Below are positions 30,617 to 39,978 of a stretch of 64,000 nt of DNA, piece after piece (position 1 is the first letter of the stretch; the number at the start of each line of letters is the position of its first letter). The notes beneath the pieces are model-generated. The model searched no databases and was not told where the DNA came from. It saw nothing but the letters and a program-made list of their open reading frames with translations. The position numbers and the translations under genes are program-made. Origin of the DNA: Candidatus Obscuribacterales bacterium (GTDB lineage Bacteria; Cyanobacteriota; Vampirovibrionia; Obscuribacterales; Obscuribacteraceae). The stretch covers positions 13,211-77,210 of the forward strand of contig JAIEOQ010000012.1 of the NCBI GenBank assembly GCA_019750335.1, given 5' to 3'.

Positions 30617-31876
30617 GTGGATTTAGATTTTACGCTTGCCTTTTTCCTGAAATATATATTTCCGCCGCTCTTTTATGCCTTTCATGGCTGGGCGGCAACC
30701 TGGATGGCCATTGCTGCGCTTTTCCGACCTTATGAAGCCTGGTATTTTCCGTTTACAAAGGTGCAAATCCCTTGTACGCCGGGTATTTTCCCTAAGCGTC
30801 GCCATAAACTGGCAACGGCTGTTGCCGGCACTATTACCGAAACACTGCTGACTACCGAGGATGTTAAGAGGCAGGTTGAAACCCTGGTCACGGAGCAGAA
30901 TATTTATCTGGCTGTCGACGGTTTCGTTGAAGCTGTGCTCAAAGAGTTTCGTGACACGGAAAAACTGCATCGCCTGGCAAGAGATCTTTCTGAGCTTAGC
31001 CCGGCTCTTTTGCAGCAGTATGTGGTGTCGATTATCGACGGATTGGAAAGTCGGCGAGACCACCGTGTCGGCGGTATGCTTGAAAAACTTTTTGATCAAA
31101 TCGTGCTTTCGGCAAGAATATCCAAAGAACAGGCCGATGAGTTTGCCGAGCGGATTATGGAAAATATGGTTAATCCGGGGCAAATCCGTCAGATCTTAAT
31201 CAATTTACTTACGCCGCAAAACATCGGAGCTCTGGATGATTCAATTCAAGCTCATGCCACGCCGCCGATGAAAATATTGGCCAAGATAATCAATGTGCGC
31301 AATGTCTGCAATGAGTCTCGGCGCTTCATGGAGAACGATCCGGAAAAAGCGAATAAAGTAATCTTCGATTTGATCCGTAGATTTGAGTTGAAAGAACAGA
31401 TTTCGCAAAAAATTGCCAATTTCGATATGCGCTCCATGCCTTTGCAGAGTATCGCTAATTTGCGCGCCAGCCTAATAAGCTTCATCGAATCATTTATGGT
31501 TGAGCATCGGACGGATATTCTACTTGGTGTTGAACGCATTCAAGGTGAAGCGATGGGCACCGTTCAGCAAGCGATCATCCGTTTCAATCCAGGCTCTCTT
31601 GCGCCGCAATGGCTGGAAAAGGTTAAGCGTGAGATCTCGATTTTTATGTATTCATATCTAAAGCGCGAGCTTGGCGCGTTGCTTGAAAGAGCAATCCCGG
31701 CAATCGGCGCTTATGGCATGATTGCTAAGAAAATCGAACAGTTTTCATCCCGTCAACTGGAAGTCTTAATTAAGCGCATTTGCCACACCGAGCTTCAATG
31801 GTTGGAGTTTTTGGGCGGATTCATCGGCTTTTGGCTCGGTTTGGTTCAGGTCTTTATCAACATATCGATTCATTAG
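30617..31876 (+). CDS. DUF445-like membrane protein
   Basis: The N-terminus (HGWAATWMAIAALFRPYE...GIFPKRRHKLA) and the C-terminal hydrophobic helix resemble the DUF445/YheB family. The start is a GTG. This assignment is from memory of the family pattern only. Confidence 0.55.
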   Translation: MDLDFTLAFFLKYIFPPLFYAFHGWAATWMAIAALFRPYEAWYFPFTKVQIPCTPGIFPKRRHKLATAVAGTITETLLTTEDVKRQVETLVTEQNIYLAVDGFVEAVLKEFRDTEKLHRLARDLSELSPALLQQYVVSIIDGLESRRDHRVGGMLEKLFDQIVLSARISKEQADEFAERIMENMVNPGQIRQILINLLTPQNIGALDDSIQAHATPPMKILAKIINVRNVCNESRRFMENDPEKANKVIFDLIRRFELKEQISQKIANFDMRSMPLQSIANLRASLISFIESFMVEHRTDILLGVERIQGEAMGTVQQAIIRFNPGSLAPQWLEKVKREISIFMYSYLKRELGALLERAIPAIGAYGMIAKKIEQFSSRQLEVLIKRICHTELQWLEFLGGFIGFWLGLVQVFINISIH

Positions 31877-31917
31877 TGTTTTTTTTTGTCCATTTGACAT
31901 TACCTGTATAATTACCC

Positions 31918-34848
31918 TTGTTGGATCAATCCGGCTTTCAGCCGGCGGCTCGCAAGGGTATAGTTTTGGCTTCTCATAAAAACAACGGTTCACTTTCCGA
32001 TTCCATAGTTGTGCGTGGCGCGCGCCAGCACAATCTAAAGAATGTAACTGTTTCCATTCCGCGCAATAAACTGGTTGTGATTACCGGCGTCAGCGGTTCG
32101 GGCAAATCATCTCTGGCTTTCGACACGGTTTTTGCCGAAGGACAAAGACGTTATGTTGAGTCGCTATCGGCTTATGCCAGGCAGTTTCTCGGTCAACTTG
32201 ATAAACCGGATGTTGAAGCGATTGAAGGTTTGAGCCCGGCTATTTCAATCGATCAAAAATCGACCAGTCACAACCCGCGCTCGACTGTCGGAACGGTCAC
32301 CGAAATTTATGACTATTTGCGTTTGCTTTATGCACGGATCGGCATTCCACATTGTCCGCAGTGCGCTCAAAGAATCAACCCGCAAACAATCGATCAAATT
32401 GTCGATCAAGTTTTGTCCTTGACTGAAGGCACCAAAATTCAAGTTATGGCACCGCTGGTGGTAGGACGCAAAGGCGAATATCAGGCGCTTTTCCAGGAAC
32501 TGCGCAAAGAAGGCTTCGCCAGAGTGAGAGTTGACGGCGAAGTACTCTTATTGGAAGACGAGATCAAGCTCGATAAAAATCGCAAGCATTCAATTGACTT
32601 GGTAATCGATCGTCTTGTAGTTAAAACCAATATCCGTTCGCGTTTGGCTGATAGTGTGTCGCTCGGATTGAAATGGGGCAAGTCGAACATCCTTATTGAT
32701 GTGATTGGCGAAAAGGAACTGCTCTTTTCCGAGAATTTCGCTTGTGCCGCTTGTAACTTAAGCTTCTCTGAAATAGCACCGCGAACTTTCAGCTTCAATA
32801 GTCCTTACGGCGCTTGTGATGCTTGTCACGGTTTAGGTTGTACTTTCGAGATTGATCCGGCTCTGGTTGTACCCGACGCTAAAAAAAGTTTGAGCGACGG
32901 AGCGATTTATCCCTGGTCGAAAACGGGCAACTCTTATTACGAGCAAATTTTGTCCTCGGTGGCAAAGCATTATAAATTCAGTATGGATACGCCTTTCAAT
33001 AAGCTGTCCAAAGCGCATCAAGATGTGATTTTTTACGGTTCAGGCGAAGAAAATCTCAAACTTACCCACGACTCTTTCGACGGCAAAGAGGTCTGGCAAT
33101 ATCATAAACCGTTTGAAGGAGTGCTGACCAATTTAAAGCGCCGTCATGAAGAATCGCAATCGGATCGTGTGCGCGGCGACATCGAAAATTATATGAAAGA
33201 GATGTTCTGCGCTTCTTGCGGTGGTGCACGTTTGAAGCCGGAAGCGCTTTCGGTAAAAGTCGGCGAACTTTCAATCGCTCAATTTTGCTCGATGCCTGTT
33301 GATCAAGCTTTGGCAAAAGTGCATTCACTACCCGCTAAATTCAGCGAACGTGAAAAAATGATTTCACACCAAGTGCTGAAAGAGATTGAAGCGCGCTTGC
33401 GCTTTTTAGTTGATGTCGGACTAAACTATTTGACCCTCGATCGCCGGGCAACCACTTTATCCGGTGGTGAAGCGCAACGGATCAGGCTGGCCACTCAAAT
33501 CGGCTCTGGACTTTCCGGTGTACTGTATGTGCTTGATGAACCTTCAATCGGTTTGCACCAACGCGATAATCATCGCTTAATCGCTACACTGAAACGTTTG
33601 CGTGATTTAGGTAATACGTTACTTGTTGTCGAACATGATGAAGACACTATTGCTGAAGCGGATTGGATAATTGATATTGGCCCGGGCGCCGGTTTGCATG
33701 GTGGACACTTAGTTGCCGAAGGCAGCTTTGAAGATATTTGTGCCGCTAAAGAATCTTTGACCGGTGCGTATCTTTCTAAACGCAAAGAGATTCCGGTTCC
33801 GAAAACCAGACGCAAAGGCAACGGCGAAGCAATTAAAGTTACAGGCGCCAGCTTGAACAACCTGAAAAATATTGCCCTTGAAATTCCTTTGGGTAAATTT
33901 GTCGCTGTTACCGGTGTTAGCGGTTCAGGTAAAAGCACTTTAGTTAATGACTTGATTTATACCTATTTGCGTCATGCGCTGCACGGAACGGTCGCCGCGC
34001 CGGCGGGGCTGAAAAGTCTTGAAGGAATCGAGCATATCGATAAAGTAATCGATATCGATCAATCGCCAATCGGACGGACTCCACGTTCAAATCCGGCGAC
34101 TTATACCGGTCTTTTCGATGTTATTCGCGAAGTCTTTTCTATGACTATTGAAGCTAAAGCGCGCGGTTATATGCCCGGACGTTTTTCGTTCAATGTTAAA
34201 GGTGGGCGTTGTGAGGCTTGTCGCGGCGAAGGTATGAATGAAATTGAAATGAATTTCTTGCCTTCGGTTTTTGTTACTTGTGATGTTTGTAAGGGTGCTC
34301 GTTATAATCGTGAAACTTTAGAAGTTAAATTCAAAGGACGTTCCATCGCCGACGTGCTTGAAATGACAGTTGAAGAAGCGCTTGAATTTTTCAACAGTAT
34401 TCCTAAAGCTGAATCGAAGCTGCAAACTTTGCACAGTGTCGGTTTGGACTATATAAAACTGGGGCAACCGGCAACAACTTTATCAGGCGGCGAAGCCCAA
34501 AGAGTAAAGCTTGCCGAACAGTTATCCAAGCGTTCAACCGGACGTACGATTTATATCCTGGATGAGCCGACAACCGGACTTTCATTCCATGATGTGGACA
34601 AACTGCTTTCGGTGCTTAATCGTCTTGTCGATTCAGGCAATACGGTTCTTATAATCGAGCACAATCTTGATGTGATTAAGCAAGCTGATTGGATTATCGA
34701 TTTAGGACCGGAAGGCGGAGATAAGGGTGGGCAGATAGTTGCTCTTGGCAGTCCGGAAACAATCGTAAGTGTTGGCGAATCATATACTGGGCAATATCTT
34801 AAAGATTATTTGGCGACGCCGCAAATTGCCGGACAGCGCTTCAGGTGA
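31918..34848 (+). CDS. uvrA: excinuclease ABC subunit A
   Basis: It contains [12 protein letters not shown], two ABC modules ([14 protein letters not shown] and [10 protein letters not shown]; LSGGEAQR twice) and zinc modules. The true start is uncertain, because only TTG candidates lie upstream of the conserved core. Confidence 0.95.
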   Translation: MLDQSGFQPAARKGIVLASHKNNGSLSDSIVVRGARQHNLKNVTVSIPRNKLVVITGVSGSGKSSLAFDTVFAEGQRRYVESLSAYARQFLGQLDKPDVEAIEGLSPAISIDQKSTSHNPRSTVGTVTEIYDYLRLLYARIGIPHCPQCAQRINPQTIDQIVDQVLSLTEGTKIQVMAPLVVGRKGEYQALFQELRKEGFARVRVDGEVLLLEDEIKLDKNRKHSIDLVIDRLVVKTNIRSRLADSVSLGLKWGKSNILIDVIGEKELLFSENFACAACNLSFSEIAPRTFSFNSPYGACDACHGLGCTFEIDPALVVPDAKKSLSDGAIYPWSKTGNSYYEQILSSVAKHYKFSMDTPFNKLSKAHQDVIFYGSGEENLKLTHDSFDGKEVWQYHKPFEGVLTNLKRRHEESQSDRVRGDIENYMKEMFCASCGGARLKPEALSVKVGELSIAQFCSMPVDQALAKVHSLPAKFSEREKMISHQVLKEIEARLRFLVDVGLNYLTLDRRATTLSGGEAQRIRLATQIGSGLSGVLYVLDEPSIGLHQRDNHRLIATLKRLRDLGNTLLVVEHDEDTIAEADWIIDIGPGAGLHGGHLVAEGSFEDICAAKESLTGAYLSKRKEIPVPKTRRKGNGEAIKVTGASLNNLKNIALEIPLGKFVAVTGVSGSGKSTLVNDLIYTYLRHALHGTVAAPAGLKSLEGIEHIDKVIDIDQSPIGRTPRSNPATYTGLFDVIREVFSMTIEAKARGYMPGRFSFNVKGGRCEACRGEGMNEIEMNFLPSVFVTCDVCKGARYNRETLEVKFKGRSIADVLEMTVEEALEFFNSIPKAESKLQTLHSVGLDYIKLGQPATTLSGGEAQRVKLAEQLSKRSTGRTIYILDEPTTGLSFHDVDKLLSVLNRLVDSGNTVLIIEHNLDVIKQADWIIDLGPEGGDKGGQIVALGSPETIVSVGESYTGQYLKDYLATPQIAGQRFR

Positions 34849-34925
34849 ACTTTATCTGGGTATGCTTCTCTTGGTGCTCATGGTCTGCTAAATTTGTCAT
34901 GACTTAAAACCGTAGGTTTTCACTA

Positions 34926-35453
34926 GTGCCAGCTCGGAACGGTAAAGTAAAAGACAAAACACCGGAAAAGCCGCCGGAGACGGAAGCTCACCTTGAACCG
35001 GTATATGAGAGCCTGCGTAAAAAAGGTCACCGCATAACCGCTCAGCGTGAGACCATTCTTGAAATCTTTCGCCAGCAGGATCATGGTACCCATCTTTCTG
35101 CCGAAGAGCTTTACACCATTCTTTCCTCCCGTGGCTTGAATGTCAGTCTGGCAACTACATATCGAACCCTGAAGCTTTTATCTCAGCTCGGTCTTTTGCG
35201 CGAGTTGGATTTTGCTGAAGGGCATAAGCACTACGAGCTTAAACAAGACAAACAACCGCACCAGCACATTATTTGTCTGGGTTGCAATACGGCACTGGAG
35301 TTTGAAGACCATTTTTTGGAAGAAGCCGGGCAAAAGATAGGCGCCCGCTATAATTTTGAGGTTATTGACGCTCAATTCAAAATCTTTGGCATGTGCCCCA
35401 ATTGTCGTGAGACGCAAAAGCCAGGTGGGCGTCCGAACAAAATGTCCAAATAA
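34926..35453 (+). CDS. Fur-family metalloregulator (Fur/Zur/PerR type)
   Basis: It has a winged helix (RITAQRETILEIF...HLSAEELY...ATTYRTLKLL), the HxH region HQHIICLGCN and a second CxxC (CPNC). It has a GTG start and a basic N-terminal extension of about 30 aa. Confidence 0.8.
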   Translation: MPARNGKVKDKTPEKPPETEAHLEPVYESLRKKGHRITAQRETILEIFRQQDHGTHLSAEELYTILSSRGLNVSLATTYRTLKLLSQLGLLRELDFAEGHKHYELKQDKQPHQHIICLGCNTALEFEDHFLEEAGQKIGARYNFEVIDAQFKIFGMCPNCRETQKPGGRPNKMSK

Positions 35454-35463
35454 AGGTTGCCTG

Positions 35464-35682
35464 ATGACTCTTGCTGAAGCCAAGGATGGGCAACATTTGA
35501 TTATTCTGGAAACAGGCTCGAAAGAGATTATGGTTCAAGCTTTACGTTTTGGCTTGGATAGCGGCAGCCGGATTGTGATTGAAAAAAATATCCGTGGCGG
35601 CCCGGTTATTGTTTCTAAAAATCAGCTGGAAATTGCTATCGGCAGAGAAATTGCCGAAAAAATAAAAGTACAATCTTTGTAG
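35464..35682 (+). CDS. feoA: FeoA-domain protein (72 aa)
   Basis: MTLAEAKDGQHLIILE...LRFGLDSGSRIVIEKN..GGPVIVSKNQLEIAIGREIAEKIKV fits the small SH3-like FeoA pattern. I trimmed the track ORF (35356) to the first ATG after the fur stop. Confidence 0.6.
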   Translation: MTLAEAKDGQHLIILETGSKEIMVQALRFGLDSGSRIVIEKNIRGGPVIVSKNQLEIAIGREIAEKIKVQSL

Positions 35683-35692
35683 AGGCTCGATT

Positions 35693-35932
35693 ATGACTAC
35701 AAAGAAGAACGCTTGCTCTCAATGTCATTTTATATTGCCGGTTTCAGCCGGGAATCTTTGCCCGCGCTGTAATGCGCCAATTGAGCTGGAACCGTCTTGC
35801 AACAGTGGCTGTCTTTCTTGTTATGTGAAAAAAGACAAGGGACAAAACAGTTGTTCTTCTGGGAGTGCAGCCTTTGAAATTCCAGGCATAGCCAGTCTAA
35901 AGGCGCTGTGGCAAAGGGTTTTTCATGTATGA
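35693..35932 (+). CDS. hypothetical Cys-rich small protein (79 aa; CxxC...CxxC plus CxxxCxxC)
   Basis: It contains CSQCHF...CPRCN (zinc-ribbon-like) followed by SCNSGCLSC. It sits 10 nt after feoA. I am not confident of any family assignment. Confidence 0.4.
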   Translation: MTTKKNACSQCHFILPVSAGNLCPRCNAPIELEPSCNSGCLSCYVKKDKGQNSCSSGSAAFEIPGIASLKALWQRVFHV

Positions 35933-36025
35933 TCATAGTTGGACGTTTCAAACCCAGGCTAATTGAGGTATCTAGTAAGTAGGGTCCCAGACCATCTTTA
36001 AGCTAAGCTCGGAGAATATGTCAGA

Positions 36026-37084
36026 TTGATGAACAGACCGCTTAACCCATGGAAAGTAACCGGCTATAAGGCTGGGCAGTTGGTTAGCTGCAAAGTGGTG
36101 GCGTCCGAACCGGGCGGCTATTCGGTCGTTATCGTCAAAGACAATCTGCCAGGATTTTTACCGATTGAAGCTAGGCTGAAGATTGGTGAAGAAGTGCTGG
36201 CTCAATTTGTTTGTGTACACAACAATCGTGTTTTGCTTTCGGCGCGCATGGCTGGAAGTGCTAATTCGGCTCCGACCGCTCAGCCGCAAACTGATTGGCG
36301 CAAAGAGCTTGAAGGTGGGCTCGGCAAAGGCGGTGCACCGGCTCAGGCTGAAGGCGATCTTGCTTTTGAAGTTTGGGCTCACGACCGTCCGGTAAATTTT
36401 CGCTTGCGGCGAGCGATTGATTTAATCCTGCCACCGATAGATCCGAACATTAAGCCTCAAGAAAAGATTATTACCGGTAGCGAAGATTTGATGTGGCTGA
36501 TAACAGATCTGGAAGGTGGCATGCGTACCGGTTGCGTCAAAGCTTATTGCGAAGGACGCAAATCAAGGTCAGCAGTCCTGCTTTATAAAGGGCGGGCTGT
36601 TGGTTGTATATATGGCAATAAAGAGCTGAAAGAGCCATTGCCCACTGAAAATTCTTTGCAAATGATGCTCACTGATTGTCAGACTCCGGAAACCCAGCTT
36701 GTAATGTATGGGCTGCCTGAGGACGTATCTTTATCCATGTCGGCGCTGTTCCTTGGTTATCCCGTAGAACGTAGCGATGATCTTGATGCTCGCGCTTATA
36801 TGGACTACATCATGGACTGGTTTGTGCAAAAAGAGCAGACGGCTTGTTTGGCTTTTACCTTGCCGGCAAGCGGTGGAACGCTTTTAGCTTTTATCCATCG
36901 CGGACAGTTTTCCGGAGCGTTTTATGTGGAGAATCAAGAATTCTCGCGTGATATCAGCTTCGTGCACAATTTGATCGCACAGGATGCCAATGCCGGCGTT
37001 GAAGCCTCAATTCTGCCGCCAGAGCTTACTTCAAGCTCGGTGCGTTTCGGTTATAGCTTAAGTATGGCTATGCCTCGGTCTTAA
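36026..37084 (+). CDS. hypothetical protein with an S1/OB-like N-terminal domain and a PATAN (DUF4388)-like central domain
   Basis: The N-terminus KAGQLVSCKVVASEPGGYSVVIVKDNLPGFLP...RVLLSAR looks like an S1 fold. The middle stretch LITDLEGGMRTGCVKAYCEGRKSRSAVLLYKGRAVGCIYG resembles DUF4388. The ORF is long and clean, but the functional call is tentative. Confidence 0.5.
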   Translation: MMNRPLNPWKVTGYKAGQLVSCKVVASEPGGYSVVIVKDNLPGFLPIEARLKIGEEVLAQFVCVHNNRVLLSARMAGSANSAPTAQPQTDWRKELEGGLGKGGAPAQAEGDLAFEVWAHDRPVNFRLRRAIDLILPPIDPNIKPQEKIITGSEDLMWLITDLEGGMRTGCVKAYCEGRKSRSAVLLYKGRAVGCIYGNKELKEPLPTENSLQMMLTDCQTPETQLVMYGLPEDVSLSMSALFLGYPVERSDDLDARAYMDYIMDWFVQKEQTACLAFTLPASGGTLLAFIHRGQFSGAFYVENQEFSRDISFVHNLIAQDANAGVEASILPPELTSSSVRFGYSLSMAMPRS

Positions 37085-37089
37085 AGATT

Positions 37090-38082
37090 ATGCCGAAAAT
37101 TTGGCGAATATTGTCCATTGACGGTGGTGGCACCCGGGGGATCGTTGCGGCGACAATTCTTGCTTCCATCGAAAAGCAGACTGGAAAACCAATCTCGCAG
37201 CTATTTGATTTGATTGCCGGTACGTCAACCGGCGGCATTCTTGCTTTAGGGCTGACCAAGCCGAATAAGCATGGTCAGCCTGAATTTAGCGCTCAAGATC
37301 TTTGTGATTTGTATAAGCGCGAAATCCCGAAAATTTTTAGCAACCCGCAATCTTGGTGGGGAAATTTGATCGGGCCGAAATATAGATCTTTTGCTTTTCA
37401 GCAGGTTTTGGAAGAGGCATTCGGCAACTATTATCTTCATAGTGCTCTTTGTGATCTCTTGATTCCTTGCTATGACATTGAGAATCGTTCGCCGTATATT
37501 TTTCGCAGCCGCTTGGCCAAAGATCATGTTGATCACGATTTTCATATGCGTGATGTAGCGCTTGCTGCTTGCGCTTCACCGACTTTGTTTTATCCGGTGC
37601 GCTTTCCTCGTCCGCGAGGCGGCAAGTCTATTTGTTTGGTTGACGGTGGCGTATTTGCCAATAATCCGGCGATCAATGCTCTAGCTGAAGTCAGATCTCT
37701 GAATGCTGATGAAAGTCCCAAATGTTTTATGGTCTCTTTAGGTACCGGCAAATCAACTCTGGCTTTGTCCAACGAGTGGATAAGCCTGTGGGGATATGTG
37801 CAATGGTCTCGACCGATGCTTGAACTTGTGATGGAAAGTATAAGTGAGTCAGTGCATGAACAAATTCAGCACTTACTTTCAGCTGCTGACGCTCATCATT
37901 ACTATCGTTTGCAAATGGATTTTCCGGCAGGTACGAATCCGGCCATAGACAATGCTTCTCAAAGCAATATGCAGTCTCTTGATCTGGCTGCTCAAGCTTA
38001 TTGTGAGGATAGTGAAAAAGGACAAGAACTGAGCAAAATCTGCGAAATTTTGCTCAGTTTAAATCGAGAGAGTAAAGACTAG
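37090..38082 (+). CDS. patatin-like phospholipase
   Basis: It contains ILSIDGGGTRGI (oxyanion hole), GTSTGG (GxSxG nucleophile) and LVDGGVFANNP (catalytic Asp). Confidence 0.85.
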   Translation: MPKIWRILSIDGGGTRGIVAATILASIEKQTGKPISQLFDLIAGTSTGGILALGLTKPNKHGQPEFSAQDLCDLYKREIPKIFSNPQSWWGNLIGPKYRSFAFQQVLEEAFGNYYLHSALCDLLIPCYDIENRSPYIFRSRLAKDHVDHDFHMRDVALAACASPTLFYPVRFPRPRGGKSICLVDGGVFANNPAINALAEVRSLNADESPKCFMVSLGTGKSTLALSNEWISLWGYVQWSRPMLELVMESISESVHEQIQHLLSAADAHHYYRLQMDFPAGTNPAIDNASQSNMQSLDLAAQAYCEDSEKGQELSKICEILLSLNRESKD

Positions 38083-39968
38083 TCGTAATCTTTAGGCGAC
38101 CAAGCCGGTTCCAGTCTTGTTGAATCTTTTTCTTCTTCTTTGTCTTCTTTAGGCTCGCTGGAAAGCGGAAGCTCAAGTTGACCGCCGAAACTGTTTTGTT
38201 CAGGCTCGGCCTCGCCGAAAAATCCACGATAAGCAGGTTGGGTCAGCGGTTCAGATTGCAGTTGGAAAAAATTATTCTCCCTTGCTTCTGTCTCTTCGTT
38301 CTTTTCTTTTACTTTTAGCCTATAAATGCCGGTTACCGGATCAAGTTCGGTTTCGTTATCGCTTTCTTCAGGCACGCTTACTGTTTGTGGAGCTTCAATC
38401 TTAAAAACAGGTGCTGGCGTTACTTCAACTTCCGTTTCTTTGTCGAACTCTTCACTTGTCTCTTCGGCTGCTACAAACTCATGAGAAGCGCTTTCCAGCT
38501 CTATTTCATGTTGCTCGGGCAGTTTATTCTCTAGAAGATCTTCAGGCATTTGCGCAAGAATCTCCTCCGAAACTTCGGCGGATTCTTCATCCGCATCGGC
38601 TTCCGGCTCTTGAATGTTCGGCTGTAAACGGTTAGCTGAAGCTGACATGCCGCGCAACATTTGGTTGTTGCGTCCGCCGCTTGGTCGTTTACCGCCTTGG
38701 CGCGAACGTCCGCCAGATTCTTCTTCTTTGTTGGACATAGAGATTACTTTTTTGTTGTCACCGCTGCCCAAGGACAGAGTAGGCATTACGCCTGTGCCGG
38801 TACAATGAGGGCAGGTCATGGCGAAAAGTTCGCGCAAACTTTGTCCTTGACGCCGTCTTGTCAGCTCTACCAGTCCGAGATCCGACATCTGTCCGACCTG
38901 CGGCTTAGCACGGTCGTCTTCTAATGCACGGTTAAATAGCTCAAGCACTTGTTGCTGGTCGCGGCGGCTTTCCATATCGATAAAATCGACAATCACCATC
39001 CCGCCGATATTACGTAAGCGCAGTTGGCGTGGGATCTCTTGAGCAGCTTCCATATTAGTGCGGCGGACTGTCTCAGCTTGGGTTCGCGAACTTGTGAAAC
39101 GTCCGGAGTTGACGTCAATAACCGTTAGCGCTTCGGTCGGCTGAATGTTCAAATGACCGCCTGAAGGCAGATCTGCTCTATCCGAAAGGACGCTTTCAAT
39201 ATCTTTGTCGATGCCTTTGGCCAGCAAAAGCGCTTCCGGTTCGGTGTGGTGCAACACTTTTGTTGCCCGTCCGGCCCAGCCGGACATGAACTCTTGAGCG
39301 CGGCGCTGCCCGTCGGCGCTGTCGACGATGATTTCGCTGACTTCAGTTGAATAAGCATCACGAATGACACGATAAAGAAGATCTTGATCGCGATAGACCA
39401 ATTTCGGACCGATTGAAGCTTCGCCTTCCGAAACGATTGTTTGCCAACGGTCCCAGAGCAATTCGAAATCTTCAAACAATGAAGCTTCATTCTGTCCTTT
39501 AGCTTCGGTACGGATGATTACGCCGACGCCCGGCGGTTTCATCAAAGTGACCACCGATTTTAAGCGTGCTCTCTCTTTGGCTTCGCTTATCCGTCGCGAG
39601 ATTGAGATGCCCCGTTCTTCCGGAACCAGAACCAAAAAACGTCCGGGTAAGCTAACAGCTGTCGATACGCGCGGTCCTTTGTGTCCGGTTGGTTCTTTGG
39701 TTATTTGGACAAGCAGTTTTTGTTTCGGTACTAAACGCTCGCGCAAAGCGCCTTCGCCTGGAATGTCATTGGCGTGCAAAAAACCCATTTTGTCTTTGCC
39801 TAAATTGACGAAAGCAGCGTCAATGCCGGGCAGAATATTTTCGACGATGGCAACATAAATATCGCCTAAAAGCAGCTCACCGCGATTGACGAAGAATTCG
39901 ACCACACGGTCGTTTTCTATAAGGGCGGCAATATTATCGGCTTCGGATATTACAAGTGACTTTTTCAT
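38079..39968 (-). CDS. RNase E/G-family endoribonuclease with an acidic C-terminal extension
   Basis: It has an S1 domain (LLGDIYVAIVENILPGIDAAFVNLG), the catalytic core (VIDVNSGRF..., MVIVDFIDM) and a CPxCxGxG zinc link (CPHCTGTG). An Asp/Glu-rich tail of about 210 aa follows. Confidence 0.85.
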   Translation of the reverse strand: MKKSLVISEADNIAALIENDRVVEFFVNRGELLLGDIYVAIVENILPGIDAAFVNLGKDKMGFLHANDIPGEGALRERLVPKQKLLVQITKEPTGHKGPRVSTAVSLPGRFLVLVPEERGISISRRISEAKERARLKSVVTLMKPPGVGVIIRTEAKGQNEASLFEDFELLWDRWQTIVSEGEASIGPKLVYRDQDLLYRVIRDAYSTEVSEIIVDSADGQRRAQEFMSGWAGRATKVLHHTEPEALLLAKGIDKDIESVLSDRADLPSGGHLNIQPTEALTVIDVNSGRFTSSRTQAETVRRTNMEAAQEIPRQLRLRNIGGMVIVDFIDMESRRDQQQVLELFNRALEDDRAKPQVGQMSDLGLVELTRRRQGQSLRELFAMTCPHCTGTGVMPTLSLGSGDNKKVISMSNKEEESGGRSRQGGKRPSGGRNNQMLRGMSASANRLQPNIQEPEADADEESAEVSEEILAQMPEDLLENKLPEQHEIELESASHEFVAAEETSEEFDKETEVEVTPAPVFKIEAPQTVSVPEESDNETELDPVTGIYRLKVKEKNEETEARENNFFQLQSEPLTQPAYRGFFGEAEPEQNSFGGQLELPLSSEPKEDKEEEKDSTRLEPAWSPKDYD

Positions 39969-39978
39969 AACAGTATTT

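Noticed and set aside
34849-34925. I looked for a Fur box or uvrA terminator in the uvrA-fur spacer. Candidates were aaaaccgtaggtttt and tttgtcatgactt.
   Set aside because: The hairpin is a weak 6-bp AT-rich stem. The palindrome matches the 19-bp Fur-box consensus poorly. Neither is strong enough to annotate.
35356-35682. The 108-aa version of the FeoA ORF in the track overlaps the 3' end of fur by 98 nt.
   Set aside because: The extra N-terminal part is an out-of-frame read of fur. The FeoA-like sequence begins at the ATG at 35464, just after the fur stop.
37090-38082. I considered whether the patatin gene is a CBASS (CapV-like) effector.
   Set aside because: No CD-NTase/cyclase, E1/E2/JAB or other CBASS signalling genes are adjacent. 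The neighbours are an S1/PATAN-like protein and RNase E/G.
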